Source: Octopus vulgaris
Lineage: Eukaryota
Length of the DNA stretch: 64,000 nucleotides
Assembly (NCBI GenBank): GCA_951406725.2
Contig: OX597822.1
Coordinates: forward strand, 14,136,001-14,200,000
Direction of reading: 5' to 3'
In this document: piece by piece, positions 13,825 through 28,180 of the stretch
Numbering within the stretch: position 1 is the stretch's first letter
How the letters are laid out: every line of letters begins with the position of its first letter
Position numbers and translations under genes: made by a program
The notes under the pieces: model-generated
What the model was told of the DNA's origin: nothing
Databases searched by the model: none
Seen by the model: only the letters and a program-made list of their open reading frames with translations

Positions 13825-14512
13825 CTTTTATTTTACTTGCTTCAGTCATTTGACTGCGGCTATGCTGGAGCACCAGCTTTAGTCAAACAAATCAATCCCA
13901 GGACTTATTCTTTGTTAGCTGAGTACTTATTTTATCAGTCTCTTTTGCTGAACTGCTAAGTTTTGGGGACAAAACACAACAACATCAGTTGTGAAGTAAT
14001 GGTGGGGGAGACAAACACAGACACAAATACACATACATATATATCTCTTTTACTCTTTTACTTGTTTCAGCCATTTGACTGCAGCCATGCTAGAGCACCG
14101 CCTTTAATCGAGCAACTCGACCCCGGGACTTATTCTTTGTAAGCCCAGTACTTATTCTATCGGTCTCTTTTGCTGAACCGCTAAGTGACGGGGACATAAA
14201 CACACCAGCATCGGTTGTCAAGCGATGTTGGATGGGACAAACACAGACACACAAACACACGCGCACACATACATATATATACATTGCCCGAGGTGCCACG
14301 CAGTGGGACTGAACCCGGAACCATGGGGTTTGTAAGCAAGCTACTTACCCACACGGGCTTCTTTCAGTTTCCTTCTATCAAATCCTCTCACAAGGCTTTG
14401 GTCGGTCGAAAGTTATAGCAGAGAAAACTTGCTCAAGGTGCCACGCAGTGGGACTGAACCCGGAACCATGTGGTTTGTAAGCAAGCTTCTTACCACACTG
14501 CTACATCTGCCC
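13825..14512 (-). mobile_element. Cluster of partial and rearranged bipartite SINE copies
   Basis: Two 3' modules (13825-14030 and 14045-14255) and a duplicated head segment (14284-14353 and 14354-14512). Confidence 0.75.
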
Positions 14513-14575
14513 CTATATATATATATACATACACACACACACATACACACACACACACGCATACACACACACACA

Positions 14576-15424
14576 TCTATATATATAAAACTCAACTTGT
14601 GTGTCTGTGTGTGTATCTGTGTGTTTATCTGTGTGTGTGTCTGTGTGTTTAACTTCCCGGCACATCTCCTCCTAGCCAACAAATCGTAGAACCACCAAAA
14701 ATGGGTCACTTAAAGTTTAGGTGAATGAAAATTGAACTGCGCTATTTCTGTTCCGAAATTCATCTCGCAAGTGCAAAAATCGATAATGTGTTTGTTTAGG
14801 CCTTATCCCATGCATTGAATAGAGTACTTTACTCAGTCAGCTGTTTGACGTGAACTGTGTTCATCACGCGTGCAAGCATGCGTAAATTGCATGAAAAATA
14901 AAAAAATCAAGATATAAAAACGAATCGCCGTAAACATTGTAGAAATTCGGCAAAGAAATGAATTTTCGGGATGTAGCCTGGAGGATTTTTTCATATTAAT
15001 CGTTTGGACTTTGTGAACACATACCAATTGCTTTCGTAACATTTTTAACGCTTTAAATTAAATGTGACCATTTTGCGTTGAGTCTGTAGTTTGAATCACT
15101 TTAACCAAATTTTAGCAGGCCGGATTTTTGATCATCACGATACATCGCCAGTGACTCCCTGAAACTCTCCCCTGAAATCCCCGTTGAGAAATACTGATCT
15201 AAAAGAATAATTCAACAATGCAATTATTTGATCAACAAAAATTTATGAAACGCTGCTATGTACTTCCTGTTGAGGAAATGGAACACATAAGCGCAAAAAT
15301 AGAGGGCATTAAATGCTTGATTTTGAAACCAAAATAATTGAATTTTGATTGAACTTCATCCAAGTTTAGCTTAATTTGCGTGTGCATAGAACGCACGAGC
15401 GCACGAGCCGGGCAATACTGCTAG
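14576..15424 (+). mobile_element. Non-autonomous Helitron (~850 bp, both termini present)
   Basis: A|TCTATATATATAAAACTC at the 5' end and ...GAGCCGGGCAATACTGCTAG|T at the 3' end, with no TSD. Sister copies at 3314 and ~24150. Confidence 0.82.
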
Positions 15425-15665
15425 TATACATATAAAGGGTGTGACCTGGCAGAATCGTTAGCAAAACACTTAGCGGTGTTTTATCTGTCTTTACAATCTC
15501 AGTTCAAATTCCATCAAGTTCATCTTTGCCTTTCATCCTTTCAGGGGCAATAAGAGAAGTACTAGTTATGCACTTGAGTCAATGTAATCGAAATAGCCTC
15601 TTAGCTGAAATTGGTGGCCTTGTGCAGAAATTTGACACCAATATTTACATATATATATACATATT

Positions 15666-16430
15666 CACATGTGTGTGTGCATATGTGTGCATGCATGTGC
15701 GTGTGTATGAATGTGTGTGTGTGTGCATGCATGTGTGTGTATGAGTGAATGTGTGTGCATGCATGTGTGTGTACAAGTGTGTGTGCATGTGTGTGTGCAT
15801 GTGTGCATGTGTGTGTGTGTGTGCATCCGTGCGTCTGTATGTGCATGAGTGCGTGTGTGTGTGCATGTGTGTCTGTGCATGCATGCATGTGTGTGTGTGT
15901 ATGAGTGAGTGTGTGTGCGTGCATGTGTGTGTACGAGTGTGTGTGCATGTGTGTGTGCGTGTGTGTGTATGTAAAAATGAGTGTATGAGTGAATGTGTGT
16001 GCATGCATGTGTGTGTACAAGTGTGTGTGCATGTGTGCATGTGTGTGTGTGTGCGTCCATGCGTCTGTATGTGCATGAGTGCGTGTGTGTGTGTGCATGT
16101 GTGTCTGTGCATGCATGCATGTGTGTGTATGAGTGAGTGTGTGTGCGTGCATGTGTGTGTACGAGTGTGTGTGCATGTGTGTGTGCGTGTGTGTGTATGT
16201 AAAAATGAGTGTATGAGTGAATGTGTGTGCGTGCATGTGTGTGTACAAGTGTGTGTGCATGTGTGCATGTGTGTGTGTGTGCGTCCGTGCGTCTGTATGT
16301 GCATGAGTGCGTGTGTGTGTGTGCATGTGTGTCTGTGCATGCATGCATGTGTGTGTGTGTATGAGTGAGTGTGTGTGCGTGCATGTGTGTGTACGTGCAT
16401 GTGTGTGTGCGTGTGTGTGTATGTAAAAAT
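15666..16430. repeat. (TG)/(CATG)-rich composite microsatellite with ~225-bp higher-order period
   Basis: Landmark GTAAAAAT at ~15971, ~16199 and ~16423. Confidence 0.8.
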
Positions 16431-16516
16431 TTGCTATTACCTCCACCATCTCTTTTTGCCAAAACATATCTTAGCACATAAACAAACCAATGCCATTTGT
16501 CAAATTAGGAGAGTCA

Positions 16517-16551
<35 letters not shown>

Positions 16552-17133
16552 GCATGTATGTATACCTATATATATATATATATATATATATAATGTTTAC
16601 ATATGTGTGCATGTATAAACATTGACACCGATATGTTTTGTTTTACTTGGTTTCTGGAAAATATTCAAAAGACGAAGGTCTTTCTGCTACAAGAGATGGA
16701 GGAAAACTGACACGGTTTCGATTCTCTTAAATTACCATCATCTCTTCGTTATTCTATGACTGATTCTCTCCTAGAAAAAGCAGATGACGAAATACCTTGT
16801 GGTGTTAAATTACATCCCTTAGAGTTTCTAGAAATGTCTGGCAATCTGTTTAGGCATCACTTATAATATTTAAGAGATTCTTTTGTATTACAATCATGAA
16901 AATTTGAAATTGTCTAAAATTCTTTCTCAAACACGGAATTAAAGAAAAAAGAAAAAAAAAAAATATTGGGAAAAGAACTTTACCTTTACTTGAAAACGCC
17001 TCTGGCTCTGAGCATAAATGTCTTGTTTTCATAAGTTTTGAATAAAAGTCTCCCACCAAACCTTAGTCACAATTTATGCTCCTAACACCAGCTTAATGAC
17101 AACTAAGTTATTTTACTAAATTCTTTGTTATAC

Positions 17134-17533
17134 TCTTTTACTTGTTTCAGTAATTTGACTGTGGCCATGCTGGAACACTGCCTTTAGTCGAGCATATCGA
17201 CCCCAGGACTTGTTCTTTGTAAACCTAGTACTTATTCTATCGGTTTCCTTTGCTGAACTGCTAAGTTACAGGGATGTAAACACACCAGCATCGGTTGTTA
17301 AGCAATGTTGGGGGGACAAACAGACACACAAACATATACACATACATACAAATATATATATATACATATACTATGGGCTTCTTGCAGTTTCCATCTACCA
17401 AATCCACTCACAAGACTTTGGTCAGCCCAAGCTGTAGTAGAGGACACTTGCCCAATGTGCCATGCAGTGGAACTGAACCCGGAACCATGTGGTTGGTAAG
17501 CAAGCTACTTACCACACAGCCACTCCTGCGCCT
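17134..17533 (-). mobile_element. Bipartite tRNA-derived SINE
   Basis: Same family as 63426-63824, with many CpG-to-TpG/CpA changes. Confidence 0.85.
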
Positions 17534-17913
17534 ATTATATTTAAAATTAATTGAAAGAAATACAGAGCTTTTCAAAATGAATACAGTAACAAAAGGGTTT
17601 AAAAAATTGGGGATTAGTGGGAGGAAATAAAGAATTTAAAAAGGGGGTATTTTATATTTTTTGATAAATTTCTGATCTCCATTGTTGAAAACTTAGAAAT
17701 CAGAATAAATTTTTCGAAAAAAAAAAAATATGCAAGACAGGGTTTGGGTACTTGTTCAAAAGGATTGCCTGAAAATTGCCAAAATGTTGCTAATATTTCC
17801 ACAGCACCCAGACCATGTTGTAAAGTGGGTGATGTTAGGAAGGGCATCCAGCCATAGAAACCATTCCAAAACAGATATTGGAGATTGATTCAATCCTTGG
17901 ACACATCAGATCC

Positions 17914-18240
17914 TGGTGGTAGCAGCAATGGTGATGATGGTGATGATGATGATAGCAATGATGATGACAATGATGATGTTGATGACAATGATGGTGGTGG
18001 TGGTGGTGGTGGTGGTTGTGGTGGTGGTGGTGGTAGTGGTTGTAGTGCTGGTGCTGGTGCTGGTGCTGGTAATGATGATGGTGGTGATGATAATGATGAT
18101 GGTAGTGGTGGTTGTGGTGGTGGTGGTAGTGGTGGTGGCAATGATGATGATGGTGGTGGTAGTGGTGGTGGCAGTGGTGGTGGTGGTAATGATGATGGTG
18201 ATGATGATGATGGTGGTGGTAGTGGTGATGGCAGGCAATT

Positions 18241-18266
<26 letters not shown>
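17914..18266. repeat. (GGT)/(GAT) trinucleotide low-complexity tract (expanded element tail)
   Basis: Direct reading. It follows GTTAGGAAGGGCATCCAGCC of the (GAT)n-tailed family. Confidence 0.85.
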
Positions 18267-18271
<5 letters not shown>

Positions 18272-19099
18272 GATCATAAAAGGATCAAATTTTATAAAAC
18301 AATTATTTACAGAGAAAGGGGAATTTTATTCTCCTTTTCGAAACTTACAACCAACACATTTTTTTACCCTTTATATTTGTTTCATTTAATGTCTCATTAA
18401 TATGAGGATGGCCCCTAGTAGAATCATTTGCATGCTGGACAGAATACTTAGCAGTATTTTGTCCATCTGACATTCTGGGTTCATATTCTGATAGGGTCAA
18501 CTTTACCTTTCATCCTTTTGGGGTTGATAAACTAAGTACCAGTCATGCACTGAGGTCCATACAATCAACTTAACCCTTCCTCTGAAACTATTGGTCTTCA
18601 CCAAAATTTAAACAAATATTAGAATGGTGGTGTGGGGTGTCCATAATTATGTAGGTATGGGGCCTGTAAATAAAGGGTATCTGCACAAGGGTTTCTACAA
18701 TGGATTCTAATTTAAGTACAAGGCCAGCAATTTTGAGGGGAGGGTTAGGGCATTGAAGGTATTGATTAACTATATTGAATTATTTGGCTGGTACTTTATT
18801 TTGTTGTGTTTTGAGGAATGAATGGTAAAATAGACTCATTGGAATTTAGCTAAGAACATAAAAAGTCAGAACAAATAATGGAAGACATTTTTGGTAAGGT
18901 TTCCACAAAAGGAAATGCTTGAAGATCACTGCATTAATCTGTTAATCTCAGCTTACTCAAAAGAATTTATTGCGATTAATATCAGGCCCCTCATCCTGTA
19001 TGAGTAAGTATGCGGTATGTAGGCATGAGTGTGTGTGTGTGTGTTTTTATCTTTTATTGGTTTCAGCAAGAGGCTGAGGCCATGCTGGAGTACTACCTT

Positions 19100-19580
19100 T
19101 CAGTGGGACTGGGTTCCTTTTCTGTACTGTTCCTGGTGAAGTAGCGAGTTCTTTGTGTTTCCTGTTGCGATAAAAGTCCATCCGGGATTTCAGACAGAAA
19201 TTTGTCCAGATGTTCTTTGAAGACCTTCACTTTTCACCATGCAAATCTCCGAAGTTGTTTGGCAGAATGTTTAATAGTTGCGGACCCTTGAAACCCAACC
19301 TATAGGGTCCTTATTCTAGACAGAATAATTGGGATCGTTGATACTGTACAGTGCCATCCAGTTCAGTGGTTGGTAAAGCTTTAAATCTCAATGTTGGGAG
19401 TTGGACCCTCCAGGATCTTCCCTATGTACATCCCTGCATACCTTTTCTGTCTTCTCTCCAGGGAGAAGATCTTCAGTTGCTTTAGCAGCTCTCAGTCGCT
19501 CATCTGTTTCACCAAATTCATCTTCTTTGTGTAGAGGCATGGCATTGCCTAAAGTTCAGCCACCAGTTTGACCAGATCCA
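19100..19580 (-). pseudogene. CR1/L2-type LINE ORF2 C-terminal remnant
   Basis: Minus-strand translation gives LKQLKIFSLERRQKRYAGMYIGKILEG...GFKGPQLLNILP...FKEHLDKFLSEIPD, typical of the post-RT region of CR1-group LINEs. Frameshifted. Confidence 0.72.
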
Positions 19581-20158
19581 CATATCTTCTTTTACTTGCT
19601 TTAGTCATTTTAATCCCCTTAAAACCTGGTACTCATTCTATTGGTCCCTTTTTGAGGACATAAACATACCATCACCAGTTACCGAGCAGTTGTGAGGGGG
19701 GGGGGCAAACACAAAGACACACACACATACATACAGCAAGCTTCTTTCAGTTTCTCTCAGCCAAATCCACTCAGAAGGTTTTGGCCAGCCAAGGGCTATA
19801 ATTGAAGACACTCACCCAAGGTGCCATGCTATGGGACTGAACCCAGAACCATGGGGTTGGGAACCATGCTTCTTACCACAGCTAGCTTTGGTATAAGTTG
19901 GCTGGGAATAGAGAGAGAAGTGTTCTGGTTTTGTTATTGAGTGTTTTAAACACACTTAACTCGTATTTTATTACATCAAAACTATAATACCATATCTGAG
20001 ATGGTTAATGAATCTGTAATCATTTTTTTTTTTTTTTGGCAATGAATCCCATGGTTTTGTTTTAATGTCTTTTATTCTTGTAACAAGCTTTTAATAAACC
20101 TTACTCTTCTCAACTATTCGTTTCTAATTTACATTAATTTCTGTATGTGGTACCTTAC

Positions 20159-20250
20159 CAGTCTAATGAGGCCTCTCTGAAGATACCAGCAGCTCAAGCC
20201 ATCACATTAAGCATCACATATTTGGAAGTGCCACGTCTTGCATTTGGGAT
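20159..20250 (-). other. Candidate non-coding (5'UTR) exon of a minus-strand host gene
   Basis: Minus strand has a polypyrimidine tract TTTTTCCTTTTTATTTCTAAG| as acceptor and CTG|GTAAGG as donor. The sequence is unique and has stops in all three frames. Confidence 0.35.
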
Positions 20251-20671
20251 CTTAGAAATAAAAAGGAAAAATTAAAATAATAAGTTAAAAAAACACTTTA
20301 TTCCTATATTTACTGTATTCCTACTTTGGTCGAACTTGAGGCAATGCTATGCCGCCTTGTGAATATTATAAGATGTAAAGAGTGCTGGTGTCACATAAAA
20401 AGCACTTGTGACTGTGCTGGTGTTACGTAAATGTGCCAGTGACAAGAAAAAAAGAAGCACCTGTCCTGGTGCCACATAAAAAAACATCCAGAACATCCTG
20501 TAAAATCGTTGGTATTAGGAAAGGCATCCAGCTGCAGAAACTATGTCAAAACAGATAACAGTGTAGCTTTTTGGCGGGCCAGCTCCTGTCAAACCGTCCA
20601 ACCCATGCCAGCATGGAAAACGGACATTTGATAATGATGATGATGATGATGACGACGACGTCGACGTTGAC

Positions 20672-20707
<36 letters not shown>

Positions 20708-21799
20708 AGGCAGCCTTCAACTTTTTCGATCGAAAAGGTTTTTCTTTCAACCCACTATTTACATGCTATTATTTATAGCTTTACATGCTTCGAGATTCAC
20801 TGTTCCAAAAATGAATATGTCTATTAGTTTCAATCTGAGGTGTGCATGACATGACGACGGACTCGTTGCTAATTTCAACACTTTCAGTTGACCCTGATTG
20901 AGGAATTTAAGACTTTGAACCATAACTGGGACATGCAGGGACATTTCTGTGTCAAACCGGACGGATTTACTCACCAAACAGTAAACAGGGGTGCACCCTT
21001 CAAACCAGGACTGTCCCAAACAGAGACATACGCATGTGAGTGTGTCAGGCTGTCTGTCTATCTATTTGTATGTCTGTGTGTATATCAGGTCAATCTTAGT
21101 ACTACTGCTCATGTCATCCAACACAAACTGTTGCATGGTCGGCCTGTTTGCCACTAAGCCAACAAACTCCCCAAGCCTTCTTGGTAAGGAGGTTGGTTTT
21201 ATGTGCTGCCGGCGCTAGACACCTGCTCTGTATTTAGCTTCCCCTCTGGGAGAAAGGAAATTCCGAAATAACACATTTTTCATTGTGAAGCCAGAGACCT
21301 TGCTCTTGATCCTTTTTGGCTGGATTCCTTCGCTTAATGGTGTTGCTCAAGCTGAAATTCTGCATGGGCATTGCTGATATTCATTGCCTTTAAAACCTAG
21401 GATAAGATAATCTGTCAGTGCCAGTGCCGCGTGAAAAACGCCTCTGCCGGCGTCACGTAAAAGGCATCCGAGTTGGCGTCACGTGAAACGCACTCGCTAT
21501 TACATTCTTGGAGTGGCTGGCGTTAGGAAGGGCATCCAGCCATAGAAACCATGCCAAAATAGACGACTGGAGTCTAGTGGAACCCTTCGGCCTTGCGGTC
21601 AGACCGTCTAACCCATGGAAGCATGGAAAACAAAGGTTAAATGATGATGATGATGATGATGATGATCATCATCATCATCGTCATCACATGCATCTACGAG
21701 TAAACAACCACCGTGTGTGTGTGAGTGTATGTGTATTTGAATATATACATATGTTATACACACACACATATCAAAGGTAGAACAGAAAGAATATAACAA

Positions 21800-22000
21800 A
21801 CAGAAACCGCCAAAGCACAACATGCGGAAAAAAGGACGACAGCACGACAACGGCAAACAGGACAAAACAAGATACACGGATCATTCGCAGCCAAATGCCT
21901 CTTCAGTCGGAGTCTGGAATGTCTTTGTAGTTTCGCCCACTTATTTCCGTTACTACTCGAAACCGGCTGGGCCAGGGATTTAAGATAAAAAGCATTAAGT
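21800..22000 (-). promoter_or_regulatory. Possible CpG-retaining promoter or first exon
   Basis: Unique CpG-rich sequence at the edge of the CpG-depleted left domain. The minus strand has CGGAAAT (ETS-like) and AAACTACAA (partial ZNF143/SBS-like) motifs. Confidence 0.25.
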
Positions 22001-22690
22001 TGTGGGAAACGAATGTACATATACCACTAAGTTAACAACATAAAGTGTCTTGCTCAAGAACACAGCACAGCCCGGTCCGGGAATCGAACTCACTACACCA
22101 TGATTGCGATCCCGACACGAAAATACACCTCCCACACACCACCACACAAAGATGAGGTGAAAAAACAGACAGAATGTATTTAATTTAACGTTGAGAAAGA
22201 AAAAATGGAAGAAGTCTTTAACGTTTTCTTTCCAAATTCCTTCTACTGAGTGGAATGAGGAAAATAAACAGATGAAGAGAGAAGAGAATGGAGAGAAAGA
22301 AACGTGTCTGAATAAACCATTACATGTTGGAACTGACCGGAAGAGGAAGGAATTGGGCTGGCGGTGGGGGTAGCAACCTGGCAATATTGTTTTTTCGCTT
22401 CGTTCTTTCACCGTTATGTGTGTATTTTTGGACCACGTATTGTCTTCGCGCACGTGGTCACCCCAGTTTGATCCTGCCTGATTAAACCTCCTTCTCTTTC
22501 GCATTCTAGTTTCCTTTCCGACCAACTTCTTGGACTATTGCCACCTCTCAAGAACCACCTTACCACCGAACACCACCCGGAATACCATTCGAACTTCCTA
22601 CTTCTCAGATTCTACCATTATGGAACTTACTGTGCATTGTTGTTTATGCACACACACACACACACACACCTACACACACACACACATATA

Positions 22691-22916
22691 GGATGGCGAG
22701 CTGGCAGAAACGTTAGCACGCCGGGCGAAATGCGTAGCCGTATATCGTCTGCCGTTACGTTCTGGGTTCAAATTCCGCCGAGGTCGACTTTGCCTTTCAT
22801 CCTTTCGGGGTCGATAAATAAAGTACCAGTTACGCACTGGGACGATGTAATCGACTTAATCCGTTTGTCTGTCCTTCTTTGTCGCCTCTGAGTTTAGCCC
22901 CTTGTGGGCAGTAAAG

Positions 22917-22920
<4 letters not shown>
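22691..22920 (+). mobile_element. Young Meta-domain-like SINE
   Basis: GGCGAGCTGGCAGAAACG...GGTTCAAATTCCGCCGAGGTCGACTTTGCCTTTCATCCTTTCGGGGTCGAT with CpGs intact. Confidence 0.85.
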
Positions 22921-22964
<44 letters not shown>

Positions 22965-23130
22965 GCATGCACATACACACACTCGTTCATTGCGTGCGCA
23001 CACAGGCACATTAAAACGTGTGTAATTGTGCATATACGATTATGCAAGGAAGCCATTGAAAACCACCACAAACAAAATAATAATAAAATTAAACAAAAAC
23101 AAAAGAGAGAGAAGGAGGAGGAGGAGGAAG

Positions 23131-23161
<31 letters not shown>

Positions 23162-23492
23162 TTATATGAATGAACAGCCTTACTTACTCTTCAACTGTTT
23201 TGTAATGTAATATATAGACACTTTATACGTATTTATATACACACACGAGCGGCGACTGTGAAGGTGCGAAAGTGTACCAGCACCGACTGATAAATAACTA
23301 ACGTCTTCCAGGGTAGGGTGTAGCTTAGAAAATCAGCTGCTAAAAGTATTTTCTAGAACTTTAGAACTTGCACAATGTTACTACAATAGTTTTTTTGTGG
23401 GATATACGCAATGACAGTGAACCTGGAAACTGCTAAACTAACGAATAATTATATTTCAAAATATAGTAATTTATATATATATATAGAGAGAG

Positions 23493-23668
23493 AGATCGTT
23501 AGCTACTACACACATTTTTGTCTCTCCTTGTTTTTTCTGTGTCCCTTTCTGTAGAAGAGCGTAGGCCCGTAACGTAAAAGACTTTTTCTCTTCCTGAGCG
23601 TTATACTAATACATCTGATTGTTTTGTACACCACCTGTCATCGTCTTTTGTTTTTTTTTGTAAACTCT

Positions 23669-23671
<3 letters not shown>
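23493..23671 (+). mobile_element. Short hammerhead-motif element (copy 2 of 3)
   Basis: CTTT-CTGTAGA-A-GAGC-GTAG-GCCC-GTAAC-GTA-AAAG at 23545-23580, followed by (TA)n. Confidence 0.62.
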
Positions 23672-23705
<34 letters not shown>

Positions 23706-23708
<3 letters not shown>

Positions 23709-23915
23709 TCTTTTACTCTCTTTTTTTACTCTTTTACTTGTTTCAGTCATTTGACTGCGGCCATGCTGGAGCACCACCTTTAGTCGAGCAAATCGACCCC
23801 AGGACTTATTCTTTGTAAGCCCAGTACTTATTCTATCGGTCTCTTTTGCCGAACCGCTAAGTAACGGGGACGTAAACACACCAGCATCGGTTATCAAGCA
23901 ATGCTAGGGGGACAA

Positions 23916-23964
<49 letters not shown>

Positions 23965-24121
23965 CATATATACGACAGGCTTCTTTCAGTTTCCGTCTAC
24001 CAAATCCACTCACAAGGCATTGGTCGGCCAGGGGCTATAGCAGAAGACACTTGCCCAAGATGCCACGCAGTGGGACTGAACCCGGAACCATGTGGTTAGT
24101 TAGCAAGCTACTTACCACACA

Positions 24122-24125
<4 letters not shown>
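23706..24125 (-). mobile_element. Bipartite tRNA-derived SINE
   Basis: Same family as 63426-63824. Confidence 0.85.
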
Positions 24126-24149
<24 letters not shown>

Positions 24150-24158
<9 letters not shown>

Positions 24159-25291
24159 CTCAACTTGTGTGTCTGTGTGTTTAACTTCCCAGCACATCTC
24201 CTCCTAGCCAACAAATCGTAGAACCATCAAAAAATGGGTCACTTAAAGTTTAGGCGAATGAAAAGTGAACTGCGCTATTTCTGTTCCGAAATTCATCTCG
24301 CAAGTGCAAAAATCGATAATGTGTTTGTTTAGGCCTTATCCCATGCATTGAATAGTAAAAATTTTTACTCTACTCAGTCAGCTGTTTGACGTGAACTGTG
24401 TTCACCACGCGTGCAAGCATGCGTAAATTGCATGAAAAATAAAAAAATCAAGATATAAAAACGAATCGCCGTAAACATTGTAGAAATTCGGCAAAGAAAT
24501 GAATTTTCGTGATGTAGCCTGGAGGGTTTTTTCGTATTAATCTTTGTGAACACATACCAATTGTTATACCAATCTTTGTGAACACATACCAATTGTTATA
24601 CCAATCTTTGTGAACACATACCAATTGTTTTCATAACATTTTTAACGCTTTGAATTAAATGTGACCATTTTGCGTTGAGTCTATAGTTTGAATCACTTTA
24701 ACCAAATTTTAGCAGGCCGGATTTTTGATCATCACGATACATCGCCAGTGACTCCCTGAAACTCTCCCCTGAAATGCCCGTTGAGAAATCTCTATATATA
24801 AAACTAAACTTGTGTGTCTGTGTGTGTATCTGTGTGTGTGTCTGTGTGTTTAACTTTTGGATCTACCAAGTTTCATTATTAAGGATGGAAAGTAGTGTGT
24901 AGCAAATCTCTATATATAAAGCTGAAGTTGTCTGTGTGTGGCAGGTTTGGTAGCCTTCAACTAACACTATCTCCTTCGAGACCCTGCAGCGCAAGTTCAC
25001 CAAAATTGAGAGTATGATAGAAGGCTTGCTCTTCATTCTGTAGAAGATAAAATTCAAATCGGACCATGTTAACACCAAAAATTATTTACATCAAAAAGGT
25101 ACTTTTTTTCTATGAAAATGCCTATTTTTTACGATTTTTGACTGCTATGTCACCATTTTTCGGTGTATTTCAACTGGAAAAATGTTCACTTGATGAGAAT
25201 AACAAGTTGCATAATGCAAAATTTTTACTTTTCAAAAATTCTAATTCTAAAGGGTCGAAACAAACCCAAGCAACACCGAGTGATACTGCTA

Positions 25292-25292
<1 letters not shown>
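24150..25292 (+). mobile_element. Composite Helitron: three successive 5' heads and one 3' CTAG terminus
   Basis: A copy of the 14576 family runs to 24788 (with a 32-bp triplication at ~24540-24630). New A|TCTCTATATATAAA starts occur at 24789 and 24907, and the end is CCCAAGCAACACCGAGTGATACTGCTAG|T at 25292. Confidence 0.75.
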
Positions 25293-25333
<41 letters not shown>

Positions 25334-25474
25334 TATCCTGTTGTTACCTGAACTCTACATGTATAGTGTGTCTGCACACCAATGCCCGGGGATAATATGG
25401 GTAATGGATACCGATAGTATATACGGATATTTTATCCCTTAGTCGGTTATTATAACCGCTAACTCTGTTTACAC

Positions 25475-25530
<56 letters not shown>

Positions 25531-25867
25531 GCAATTCTTCGGTATTGGTGGACGACATCATCATTCCCCGACACTACATTCTCTCATGACATAAAGAGGC
25601 TAGACTGAAAAGGAGGGCGAATGACGCCGTCTCCTCATACCAACACTCTGTAGACCAATGCCGAAGGATTGCTCATACATACATACATACATACATACAT
25701 ACATACATACATACATACATACATACACACATATATACAAAGGAAAACACCTATGCTGAACTATTGAGAAATCTGCAGTTACCCTATCCAGTTTATACCT
25801 GTAATTATTGGGGCCCTAAGATATGTAACACACTGCCTAAATACCAGTCTTGAGAAATTAGGCTTCC

Positions 25868-27045
25868 CAAAACCTGAAAGGAGAAAACTAATTCGAAGAC
25901 TACAGATCCAATCCATCACTGGAATTGTAAAAGTCTGTAAAATTTTACATATGTTCTTCATTAAAATATATATAAACATGTCTAGATATGCAAATATATG
26001 CATGAGAATATATGCATAAAACATTACAAATCAGCACATACATATATACAAACAAAAATACCCTGTTGTTGATGTTGAAGGAGTCTTGGATTTAGGTTGA
26101 AAACCGGTTCTTTCTCTATTGGCAAGAAATCTTGAGATAAACCGAATAATGACATACATACATAATTCATACATACATACATATGCACACATACATACAT
26201 ACACACACACATACATACATACATACATACATACATACATACATACATGCATACACACATATATACATACATACATACATACATACACACACACATACAT
26301 ACATACATACATACATACATACATACATACACACATATATACATACATACATACATACATACATACATACATACATACATACATACATACACACATATAT
26401 ACATACATACATACACACATACATAATACATACATACACACACACACATACACATACATACACACATACATACATACATACATACATACATACATGCATA
26501 CACACATACATACATACACACACATACATACATACACTACATACATACATACATGCATACACACATACATACATACATACATACATACATACATACACAC
26601 ACATACATACATACATACATACACACACATACACACATACATACATACATACATACATACATACATACATACATACACACATATATACATACATACATAT
26701 ATACACACATACACATACATACATACACACACATACATACATACACACACACATACATACATACATACATACATACATACATACATACATACATACATAC
26801 ATACATACATACATACATACATACATACATACATACATACATACATACATACATACATACATACATACATGCATACATACATACATATACATACATACAT
26901 ACATACACACACATACACATACATACATACATACATACATACATACATACATACATACATACATACACACACAACATACACACACACACATACATACATA
27001 CATACATACATACATACATACGTGCATGCATGCATGCATGTTTGC
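25868..27045. repeat. Dispersed repeat blocks A+B followed by ~0.9 kb (TACA)n array
   Basis: 25868-26160 shares two blocks with 55943-56270. (TACA)n spans ~26155-27045. Confidence 0.75.
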
Positions 27046-27747
27046 ATATATGTATATGTGCCTCGGAAAACTTTGGAATGTACAATAGTCGTGCAAATAA
27101 AATCAGCGAAATTATTTCGAACAATTTAAAAAGTAAAATCTTAAAGGCGAGAGAAAAAGATAGAATAAAATCTGTGCCGCAAAACGAGTGAGGAATGTAG
27201 ATAAAGCCAGAATATAAGGACGAAGTATTCTCCATAAATTAAAAAGGGTCGTTCAACCTGCTAAAAACAGCAGCCACATCTCATTCATATTACCCTGGCT
27301 TCTTGGAAAGAGAATATACATTGGATAAATATAGAGCCAAGTCGAAGGAAAAGGTGGGATGGCCAAAGATGGAAGGCTTATAGGGAACAACAGCATTTAA
27401 CAATACGATAAATAGTTTGCATTTTAAAAACTTACAAGATGTTTTAAAACGTTTTCGTTATTACTACACTGGAAGGTAAAAAGTATATGATATATAAAGA
27501 ATATATATAATAGATAAAAAAAGGATATGTGCATAATATATATAAGCTATATATATATGTGTGTGTATATATGTGTATATATATATACTATTTAAGAACG
27601 AATATATATAATACATATGACTTATAATATTATAGGTTAAAAAACCTATATTTTGAAATGTATATTTTTAAAATAGTATATATTACATATAAGAAGTGTC
27701 ATCTACATGTTTCTTTTGTTTTCGTTTGTGACATGTTCCAAAACATC

Positions 27748-27780
<33 letters not shown>

Positions 27781-27959
27781 CATGCAAACATACATACATT
27801 TATGTGTGTGTATGTGTGTGCGTATGTGTGTGTATGTCTTGAGTTCGAAAACCGAACGAAAACGCTATTAAAGGATTATCCAAAATTCTCCTTTTTCTCA
27901 CCATATAATATCTGTACATCACCTCAAACACGCAATACATAAATATATACATACATACA

Positions 27960-27991
<32 letters not shown>

Positions 27992-27996
27992 AAAAG

Positions 27997-28033
<37 letters not shown>

Positions 28034-28141
28034 CGTCATATTGTTTTTACATTAATCTGGTGGGTTTCTCTATACTTTTATAGAGTAGAAATTTATAATT
28101 CTTAAGAATATTATCGACACAGTGACTTCGAAGTTTCGGCC

Positions 28142-28180
<39 letters not shown>

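Noticed and set aside
17885-18389. Gly/Asp-rich or Pro-rich ORFs; likewise poly-Pro/Thr/His/Gly ORFs at 35049-35474
   Set aside because: These are trinucleotide repeats open in several frames, with no unique coding context.
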